A stretch of 24,000 nt of DNA, taken from positions 40,519 through 64,518 of the forward strand of contig ONEF01000015.1 of the NCBI GenBank assembly GCA_900316795.1, given 5' to 3'. Numbering within the stretch: position 1 is the stretch's first letter; each line of letters begins with the position of its first letter. The notes beneath the pieces are model-generated. The model ran no database searches, was not told the origin of the DNA, and worked only from the letters and a program-made list of their open reading frames with translations. Positions 16,512-23,608 of the stretch are shown in pieces. A program made the translations under genes and the position numbers. This DNA is from an uncultured Bacteroidales bacterium. Lineage in GTDB: Bacteria; Bacteroidota; Bacteroidia; Bacteroidales; UBA932.

Positions 16512-16523
16512 GCAACTGCTATA

Positions 16524-17303
16524 ATGGAAAATCTAACATCTATCGGTATTTCAGTGCTAGTCCTGGCTATTATTGTAATAGCTGTCACGTGGGCTATAAG
16601 AGGTATTGACTGGAAACTGATATTTAAACCCAAAGGAGAACGTGGAGAGTATTATGTCTCAAAACTGCTGAACCAGCTTCCAGAAGATCAATACCGCATC
16701 CTCAACGATATCACGATTCCAGGCAAATACAAAACATCGCAGATAGACCATATTGTCGTATCCATATATGGCATCTTTGTCATTGAAACAAAGTACTATA
16801 AGGGTTGGATTTTCGGTACTGAAGACAGTGAATACTGGACTCAGAACATATACGGATACAAGTATAGGCTGTACAATCCTATCCGCCAAAACAAAAGCCA
16901 TATCCTGGCATTGAAAAAAGCCCTTCCTGAACTTGAAGGCCTGCCTATTTTCTCAATCATAGCCTTCTCTTCTCAAGCACAGTTAGACAACAGGATTCCT
17001 TGCAGTTATGTTATTTACTGGGGCGATATTCTCCCCGCTATTACAAGCAGAAAACAAATCTCTCTTACCCAGGAGCAAGTTTCTTATCTCAGCGACAAAA
17101 TCTTATCGATTCGGCTAGATCCCGAACTAGCAAAATCCCGGCACATTAGCCAAGTCTACATAACCAAGTTTGTGAAGAATAGTAAGATACAATCTGGCAT
17201 TTGCCCTCGATGCGGAGGCAAGCTAGTCCTTAGGCATGGCAAATATGGCTCTTTCTACGGATGTTCAAACTATCCGTATTGCAAGTTCACGCTCGATACT
17301 TAA
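16524..17303 (+). CDS. Membrane-anchored NERD-domain protein with a C-terminal topoisomerase-type C4 zinc ribbon
   Basis: 259 aa taken from the internal ATG of the 452-aa track ORF. The TM helix is SIGISVLVLAIIVIAVTWAI. The NERD pattern is GERGEYYVSKLL...YRILNDITIP...SQIDHIVVSIYGIFVIETKYYKGWIFG. The Zn ribbon is CPRCGGKLVLRHGKYGSFYGCSNYPYCKFT. Confidence 0.85.
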   Translation: MENLTSIGISVLVLAIIVIAVTWAIRGIDWKLIFKPKGERGEYYVSKLLNQLPEDQYRILNDITIPGKYKTSQIDHIVVSIYGIFVIETKYYKGWIFGTEDSEYWTQNIYGYKYRLYNPIRQNKSHILALKKALPELEGLPIFSIIAFSSQAQLDNRIPCSYVIYWGDILPAITSRKQISLTQEQVSYLSDKILSIRLDPELAKSRHISQVYITKFVKNSKIQSGICPRCGGKLVLRHGKYGSFYGCSNYPYCKFTLDT

Positions 17304-17794
17304 TTATCGACGTTCTCAAGATTTGATTTACAACTAGATGTAGTTTCTTCTTGGCCTCCATACTCCTCACCGCTAATTCCCATGTCTTTGTTCTCAATAG
17401 AATCAGATTCTAACTCTTTAATAATCATTGGAAGCAATATCTCATCAGCTGGTAGCCAATTAACGCTATAGATATCATTGATTTCAAGCCATCTAGCCGC
17501 TTCGTGTTCATTTAGATGAATAGCTTCTGCCGCTAATGAACACATATAACAATGCATAATTAAATGAAACTTCGGATAATCCCACTCGACTGTATGTAGA
17601 AATTTATCTATGAGTATCTCAGTAGATAACTCTTCTCTAATCTCTCTTATTAGAGCGTCTTCGGGAGTCTCACCGAGTTCCATCTTTCCGCCAGGGAATT
17701 CCCACCAGTCTTTAAAATCACCATAACCACGCTGAGTGGCAAAAATCTCATTGTCTTTTCTAATAATTGCAGCAACTACTTCTATTGTTTTCAT
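17300..17794 (-). CDS. Nudix hydrolase (MutT/NudG-like (d)NTP pyrophosphohydrolase) with an acidic C-terminal tail
   Basis: 164 aa with an intact Nudix box GGKMELGETPEDALIREIREEL. The N-terminus VVAAIIRKDNEIFATQRG is typical of the MutT-like clade. The start overlaps the upstream helicase stop (ATGA at 17791-17794), and the stop overlaps the NERD gene stop. Confidence 0.9.
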   Translation of the reverse strand: MKTIEVVAAIIRKDNEIFATQRGYGDFKDWWEFPGGKMELGETPEDALIREIREELSTEILIDKFLHTVEWDYPKFHLIMHCYMCSLAAEAIHLNEHEAARWLEINDIYSVNWLPADEILLPMIIKELESDSIENKDMGISGEEYGGQEETTSSCKSNLENVDN

Positions 17795-20730
17795 AAAGAT
17801 TGTTCTGTTAAATATTCGTAAAGATTGCTTTCGACAGGGGTATCAAGCCTATAACCAATTTCGACAGCCGTCACGTTCTCTGTGTCATTCATTACAAATT
17901 GTTGCAAATAGCCATTATGTCTCATCGTACCAAGAAAATAAAATTCTTTAGACGTTTGATCATCCTTATTCTTCCTAACAAAAAGAGGCATTAAAATACC
18001 CCGTTCTTCACTATGGATAGCATTTTGAACATCATCAGAATCAATAGTACGCCTACTCTTTGAAATGGCTGTCAAAGAAGAAGGATCATTAAAACGGTCT
18101 TCATATCTTGTTGTAGCTGTAATATCTTCTTCTTTCTCATAATTGATAAAGACAGGATATGTTCTTGAATATGAATCGTATTTATAACCACCAATATTTA
18201 AAGAAACTTCTTCTTTCTTCCAGTTTAGAAGCCAACATACTTCCGAATAAGTATATTTCTTATAAAGTTTAAATTGAGTCCCAGCATAGCTATTCGAATA
18301 ATCTCTTTTATAACGGTAAATACCAAAATCCAACAACTCTTTAACAGCCTCATAAAAAGCTCTATTTTTAAGCGCATTTTGGAATACTTCAGAAAGCACA
18401 AAGCCATGACTTGTTGAATGAGCTAACTCAATCTTAAATCTTTCTCCACGGAAGAAGCAACCAGAAAGAACAGAAATAACACTTGCACGTACGCTACTAT
18501 CTAATTTTAAGCCATATTGCTTTTCTAATAGTGTCTCCCATAAATCAGTCAACTCAGGCTTTTCTAATAAGAATCGTAAAAGGGTTAACTCATGTATTCT
18601 CATTCCGGGAGCGAGCTTGCGGGAAATGAATTCAAGAATTTTATATTGATCTTCAGACCATTTTTCTGTAAAATCATCCTCATAATCCTTTAGAAAGGCC
18701 TGATATGAGCCCTTCTTATCTATAAGACGAAGAGGATCCAATTCTCCCATTTCATCAAACTCTTTTAAATGAGGAATTCTACCAAGTTTATATTTAAGTG
18801 ACTGATACTCTTTTCTTAGCAATTTTATTTGATTAAGATCAGCCGTATCTATAGATTTATAAATCCTATCTCTTGAAATTTCGTCAAAATAAATAGTAGA
18901 CGCTCCTCTTATAATATTATTGCCCTCCATTATTGATCGGCGAATATTATCCTTATTCCCCGTTCTATCTCCGGATAGAGCTATAGGAATCATGTAGTTA
19001 GTCTGATAATTACCAATAAAATCAAGGACTATTACGAACTCCTTCCCCTCGGCTTTTCTAAGTCCTCGACCCAACTGTTGAACAAAGATTATTGGTGATT
19101 CTGTCGGACGAAGAAGAATAACCTGATTAATTTCAGGAACATCAACGCCTTCATTAAAAATATCAACAGTAAATATATAATCTAACTTGTCTTGACGTGA
19201 ATCTGAAACCAAACGGTCTATTGCATTTTCTCTATCTTGCTGAGAGTCATCCCCAGAAAGCATAATTGTATTATAACGTCCAGTTGCATTAAACTTATTA
19301 CTAAGCTCTCTAGCTTCTTCCTTACGACTACAAAAGATTAGCCCCTTTACCCTATCACCACTATATCCATAATATTCAGCTCTTTCAATAATATATTTAA
19401 CCCTTTTGTCTGAAGTAAGATGACGGAATCGAGATAAGTCACTTATATTCTCACCCTCAATTTCTAAATCCGTTATTCCAAAGTAATGAAATGGACAAAG
19501 CATATCATTTTCCAAAGCTTGTTGAAGACGAACTTCACAAGCAATATTATGATCAAACAATTTAAAGACATCAAAGCTGTCCGTTCTTTCAGGAGATGCA
19601 GACATCCCTAAAAGCAATTCAGGGTGAAAATACCTAATTATCTTTTGGTAGCTCTCAGCTCCACTTCTATGGCATTCATCTAAAACAATTACAGAATAAT
19701 CATTTGGACTAAACTGTTCTCGGATACTGTCTTTTGCCATCATATTCATGGTAGAGAACAAAAAGGTGGATGCTCTCGCTTTATAAAGGTCATTATTTGT
19801 TCCACTAAGAAGTTCCATCTTAACATTCGCACCAAAAATACGCCTATAGCTTTTAAGAGCTTGTCTATTAATTTGTTCTCTATGAGAAAGAAATAGAGCT
19901 TTTTTACCTTTAAGAATATTATCGGCAAACAGCTTTCTAATAGCAAATGCAGAGGCATATGTTTTACCAGTACCAGTAGCTGATATTAATAATGCCCTCT
20001 TTCCTCCAGAATGAATAATTTCTTCAATGTTATATATAAAAGTCTCTTGCATTGAATTAGGTTGCAGAACTTGAGAATAGCCAAGGTCTAAGGTTCTTGT
20101 AAGCTTTGATAAGTCTTCTCTCTCAATACGGCTATTCTCATAAAGTCTTGAATATTCATCTCTGTATTCTATGTAAGATACAGATGAGTTCCAAAGATCA
20201 TTAAACTCAGACTCTATATCTTTAGCAAAAGCCCCTGCAGAAGAGGAAACTAACCTCGTATTCCACTCATGATTTTTTGTAATTGCATCCTGTGTCAAAT
20301 TTGAACTACCAACAATGATACGGATATCGTCTCCATTATGAAACATATATCCCTTTGTATGGAATCCTATATTATTCTCTCCTGTTTTAAAAACTCGAAC
20401 ATCTAAATTTGTCAGAGATGATAGCTTATCCAGTGCCTTAGGATCGCTGAACATAAGATAATCAGTTGTAAGAATGCGCCCCTTAGTTCCCTGCTTTTCT
20501 AAATCTTTAAGAGTCCCAAGTAAAGGAGCAATTCCACCCATTGTAATAAATGCAACACTTATAAACCAATCATCGCATCCCTTAAGTTCTTTTTCAATAG
20601 CAGTTAATACCTTTTTTCCATGAGAATTAGAGAGTAAGCTTGGTGAATAAGTAGGATCTGATTCACGAGTAGCATCAATGAATGCTTTGTGATATCCATC
20701 GACTAATTTACGTATAGATAGCTTTTCCAT
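17791..20730 (-). CDS. PLD-family nuclease / SF2 helicase / DUF3427 fusion protein (SauUSI-like, putative type IV modification-dependent restriction enzyme)
   Basis: 979 aa. The N-terminal HKD motif is HTKGYMFHNGD...IVGSSNLT. The helicase motifs are SATGTGKTY (I), VLDECHR (II), MSASPER (III) and QQLGRGLRK (VI). The C-terminal ~200 aa (YTYSEVCWLLNWKKEE...YPVFINYEKEEDI...YEDRF...FVRKNKDD...EFYFLG) resemble DUF3427 as I recall it. Confidence 0.85.
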   Translation of the reverse strand: MEKLSIRKLVDGYHKAFIDATRESDPTYSPSLLSNSHGKKVLTAIEKELKGCDDWFISVAFITMGGIAPLLGTLKDLEKQGTKGRILTTDYLMFSDPKALDKLSSLTNLDVRVFKTGENNIGFHTKGYMFHNGDDIRIIVGSSNLTQDAITKNHEWNTRLVSSSAGAFAKDIESEFNDLWNSSVSYIEYRDEYSRLYENSRIEREDLSKLTRTLDLGYSQVLQPNSMQETFIYNIEEIIHSGGKRALLISATGTGKTYASAFAIRKLFADNILKGKKALFLSHREQINRQALKSYRRIFGANVKMELLSGTNNDLYKARASTFLFSTMNMMAKDSIREQFSPNDYSVIVLDECHRSGAESYQKIIRYFHPELLLGMSASPERTDSFDVFKLFDHNIACEVRLQQALENDMLCPFHYFGITDLEIEGENISDLSRFRHLTSDKRVKYIIERAEYYGYSGDRVKGLIFCSRKEEARELSNKFNATGRYNTIMLSGDDSQQDRENAIDRLVSDSRQDKLDYIFTVDIFNEGVDVPEINQVILLRPTESPIIFVQQLGRGLRKAEGKEFVIVLDFIGNYQTNYMIPIALSGDRTGNKDNIRRSIMEGNNIIRGASTIYFDEISRDRIYKSIDTADLNQIKLLRKEYQSLKYKLGRIPHLKEFDEMGELDPLRLIDKKGSYQAFLKDYEDDFTEKWSEDQYKILEFISRKLAPGMRIHELTLLRFLLEKPELTDLWETLLEKQYGLKLDSSVRASVISVLSGCFFRGERFKIELAHSTSHGFVLSEVFQNALKNRAFYEAVKELLDFGIYRYKRDYSNSYAGTQFKLYKKYTYSEVCWLLNWKKEEVSLNIGGYKYDSYSRTYPVFINYEKEEDITATTRYEDRFNDPSSLTAISKSRRTIDSDDVQNAIHSEERGILMPLFVRKNKDDQTSKEFYFLGTMRHNGYLQQFVMNDTENVTAVEIGYRLDTPVESNLYEYLTEQSL

Positions 20731-20764
20731 GCTTAGGATCTCAGTTTATATTGACTTCCGTAAA

Positions 20765-20772
20765 CAAAAATA
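20765..20772 (-). promoter_or_regulatory. Candidate -7 box (TATTTTTG on the minus strand) for the helicase-Nudix operon
   Basis: Exact TAnnTTTG match 34 nt upstream of ATG 20730 on the minus strand. Confidence 0.35.
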
Positions 20773-21027
20773 CGAAAAATGAGAGACTTGAAAAATAGTT
20801 TCGTTTAATAAGAAGCTGCCAGAGAAGTCTGATATCGTACTTCAGCAGTGTGAAGAAGGCAAGGGCCGAGAAAAAAAGCCAGGGACAAGTATTTCAGTCA
20901 GGAAATCAAGGCAAAGTATAGTCGCTGAGAATCGCAGAAAAGAGCCCATTTTGCGTCAAAAAAGCAAAAACTATAGGGCGGACAAGGTAAAATGTACTTA
21001 TTTGCTTGCAAAACTCCCAATCATCGA

Positions 21028-21074
21028 ATTATCTTTCCTTCCGGCCAAAGATAATCTTAACTAAATAGTTAAGA
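21028..21074. promoter_or_regulatory. Two adjacent inverted repeats upstream of the small ORFs and HTH gene (candidate operator or RNA hairpins)
   Basis: ATTATCTTT (21028-21036) pairs with AAAGATAAT (21047-21055), a perfect 9-bp stem with a 10-nt loop. It is immediately followed by TCTTAACT-aaat-AGTTAAGA (21055-21074), a perfect 8-bp palindrome arm pair. Confidence 0.3.
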
Positions 21075-21359
21075 ATTTGCTTTGATGGAAAGGAATTATT
21101 TAATAAAATTGTATTCAGAAAACTGTATGACAAAAGTTGAGTTTACACCTTACATCCTAAGAGAAACAGCTGATATCTATTCTTTTAGGATTGAAGGGGA
21201 ATGGAGGTATTAAGAGAACAAGGACTTACCAAGAAGATAAATGGCTAAAAGAATGTGTGGAAACTCTTCAAAAGATAGATAAAGAGTTGATGGATTTGGA
21301 AGAATGCGGTGTCGTACTGGAAGACAAAATAATGAACATTAATCTGGAATTATAGCTAT

Positions 21360-21677
21360 ATGGCCACCAAGTATGTAGATCCATTATTTGCCGAAATTCT
21401 AAAAGGCATTCCACCGCAAACTTCATATGAAGTAGGTTATTCCTATGACATAGCGACGGTTTTGCACAATGTCCTTGAAAGAAAAGGGTGGAGCCAAGTT
21501 GAGTTTGCCAGAAGACTCGGTAAGAAAGAATCTGAAATATCCAAGTGGCTTAGCGGAGTACATCCTTTCACAATGAAAACTATGGCAAAGATTTCAGCGG
21601 CCATCAACGATGACTTTCTGTGCCTTGTTTCAGATTACAGGAAAAAATTGAGGAGAAAAGCTGCTAAGCGTTTCTGA
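21360..21677 (+). CDS. XRE-family helix-turn-helix transcriptional regulator (possible antitoxin or island regulator)
   Basis: 105 aa with HTH_3 pattern LERKGWSQVEFARRLGKKESEISKWLSGVHPFTMKTMAKISAAI and a basic C-terminal tail. The 3' end overlaps the convergent glycosylase gene by 14 nt. Confidence 0.85.
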   Translation: MATKYVDPLFAEILKGIPPQTSYEVGYSYDIATVLHNVLERKGWSQVEFARRLGKKESEISKWLSGVHPFTMKTMAKISAAINDDFLCLVSDYRKKLRRKAAKRF

Positions 21678-22737
21678 AACGGGTGTAAACCTGCCAGGCG
21701 TGCTGGAGGGGCTCCGGATAGGTTTTTGTGGAGCTGCTATGTTTGGCAACGGGTGTGGACGGAATGAAGAATTCCGCCTGAAGCTCCGGTTTGAACGGTG
21801 TCCAGTTGCCGCAGATTATGCCGTCGCGGGCTATGACAGGCTGGAAGATGCCGCTGTTGTTGTGGGCCTTGTGGCGGTATTCAGGGGGAAGGACAACATC
21901 ACGGCTCTTGTAGCCGATCAGATATTCGTCGTATGGAGGAATCAGAAGAAACTTGCCGCTGCGGAAGCCTCTGGTGCGGCAGTCATCGGTGAGGAAAAAG
22001 TCACGGCCATTCCATCTCTCTTTGCGGATATAGTCTTTCTGGAGTTCTATTCCCCTTCTGCAGTCGCTGATGTTCAGGCCGGACCACCACACAAAATCCT
22101 CCAGGGTGGCAGGCTGTCGGCTACGGAAGTATTTGCGGGTGAGCATCATAAGTGCCTCATCCCGGTCAGTTCTGCCTGGGCGTGGACCAGCTTTTTTTGA
22201 AGCAAGAGCGTATGTGGCTTTCATCGGCAGAAGGTCTCCGCTGCAAAGAGTTCCTGTAAATTCCGCCATACGGATATGGTATGAAAGCCTGTGGTCATCC
22301 AGAGTTATGCCCCTGTCCACCAGTGCCTTGACAAAGTCATCCTTGGTGGCGCTGCCTTTGTCCTGGGCTGTTTGGGCCAGGATGTCACCAATGCGCCTGT
22401 ATTCTTTTTCTGTAATCACGATGCCGTTGCTGCTCATCCAGCCATTGGTTACGGAAATGGCTCTTGGGGAGAACAGATCCAGCATCCACCAGTAATCTTG
22501 TGCAGATACAAGCTGCCAGGTGCCTCTGAGAAGGTGCAGGCGGATGATGCTCCCGCTGTCAAAAGCATCCTTGAATGCCTTGGCGGAAGGTTTTTTGGTG
22601 CGCATGGCCACAGCCCAGCGCATCATACGGTATTCCTGTGCCTGAACGGCGCATAAATGGCGTACAACCTCAGCGGGAGTATTGAACTGAGGGGCTGCAA
22701 GCTGCTGGCTTAGAAGACGAATAACTACAGGGTTCAT
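21664..22737 (-). CDS. Winged-helix DNA glycosylase of the AlkZ/YcaQ (HTH_42, DUF1006) family
   Basis: 357 aa. The N-terminal LLSQQLAAPQF.TPAEVVRHLCAVQAQEYRMMRWAVAMR and the later RGTWQLV, YDEYLIGY and CGNW blocks fit the family. The catalytic-motif position reads Q-A-Q. Confidence 0.8.
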   Translation of the reverse strand: MNPVVIRLLSQQLAAPQFNTPAEVVRHLCAVQAQEYRMMRWAVAMRTKKPSAKAFKDAFDSGSIIRLHLLRGTWQLVSAQDYWWMLDLFSPRAISVTNGWMSSNGIVITEKEYRRIGDILAQTAQDKGSATKDDFVKALVDRGITLDDHRLSYHIRMAEFTGTLCSGDLLPMKATYALASKKAGPRPGRTDRDEALMMLTRKYFRSRQPATLEDFVWWSGLNISDCRRGIELQKDYIRKERWNGRDFFLTDDCRTRGFRSGKFLLIPPYDEYLIGYKSRDVVLPPEYRHKAHNNSGIFQPVIARDGIICGNWTPFKPELQAEFFIPSTPVAKHSSSTKTYPEPLQHAWQVYTRFRNA

Positions 22738-22791
22738 CGCATTGCCCTAGATAAATATCTGGCTAATAGAGAAATCCGAAAGTCTTTTGAG

Positions 22792-22854
22792 CAAATGTAC
22801 ACTTGTTTATCGTAATAAACAAATTTTAGCGATTTTTGTTTATCGCGATAAACA
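22792..22854. promoter_or_regulatory. Promoter (-7 box TACATTTG, minus strand) with two palindromic operator-like sites upstream of the glycosylase gene
   Basis: caaatgta at 22792-22799 is TAnnTTTG on the minus strand. Site 1 is TTGTTTAT-cgta-ATAAACAA (22803-22822). Site 2 is TGTTTATCG-CGATAAACA (22837-22854, a perfect 18-bp palindrome). The centres are 33 bp apart. Confidence 0.45.
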
Positions 22855-22865
22855 GATTTGTTTTC

Positions 22866-23579
22866 CTAGTACGGCCACCAGGAAGGTTTGGTGTAGGCCC
22901 CTTGCTGCTCGTAGAGCTTGCGTTCGTCAGCCCAGGCCTGGTTGAAGAAGACGGAGTCCGCCCGGTCTGTGTAGAGAATGCCTTCCAGATGGTCTGTCTC
23001 GTGCTGGAAGATGATTGCGGTATAACCCCCTACCGTGTCTTTCTTGAACTGCTTTGTCTGGAAGTCAAAGTATGAGACAATTATGCTGTCTGCTCTTGGC
23101 ACTACTCCGCGATAGTTGGGAATGGATAGGCATCCTTCAGGCCCTTTTACAACATTTGTGAAGAGGCTGTCTATATGGACGTTGGCATAGACTTGGAGCG
23201 GACGGCCTTCCCTGTCATAGCGCATAAGGGCAAGCATCCTGAGATTTAGCCCGACCTGCGGGGAAGAAATGCCGACACCGTCCTGGCTCGGGTCCCGGAC
23301 TGTGGCAAGAAGGTTGCGGGCAAGAGTCGCAGCCTCCGGGCTATCAAGCTCCTCCTGAGTGAGATCTCTGGAGACTTTCCTCAGTATCAGGCTGTCTGAC
23401 TTGTCGGTGACAACAGTCAGATACATAACGGAATCAGACTGGCTGAGGATAAGAAGCTCTTCCTGCGTGAAGGTCGTGCCGGAAGGTCTGTCTGAGCTGT
23501 TGTCTGACTTGCTGCTTGATTTGCAGGAGAAAACTGCAGAAATCAAGGCGATTGCTGCAATAACTGATTTATATGACAT
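22866..23579 (-). CDS. def: Peptide deformylase-family protein with a lipoprotein signal peptide
   Basis: 237 aa. It has PDF motifs GVGISSPQVG (variant of GxGxAAxQ), EGCLSIP and HETDHLEG. The N-terminus MSYKSVIAAIALISAVFSC followed by a Ser-rich linker looks like a signal peptidase II substrate. Confidence 0.8.
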   Translation of the reverse strand: MSYKSVIAAIALISAVFSCKSSSKSDNSSDRPSGTTFTQEELLILSQSDSVMYLTVVTDKSDSLILRKVSRDLTQEELDSPEAATLARNLLATVRDPSQDGVGISSPQVGLNLRMLALMRYDREGRPLQVYANVHIDSLFTNVVKGPEGCLSIPNYRGVVPRADSIIVSYFDFQTKQFKKDTVGGYTAIIFQHETDHLEGILYTDRADSVFFNQAWADERKLYEQQGAYTKPSWWPY

Positions 23580-23608
23580 ACGGCTTGGTATATTGTCAAC
23601 AATAAGTC

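Noticed and set aside
15945-16523. The first 193 codons of the 452-aa plus-strand ORF in the supplied track (15945-17303)
   Set aside because: This part runs antisense through the small Cys-rich gene, the 51-aa ORF and their promoter, and it is Pro/Ser/His-rich low-complexity sequence. A TAnnTTTG box at 16504 and a recognisable TM+NERD protein begin only at ATG 16524.
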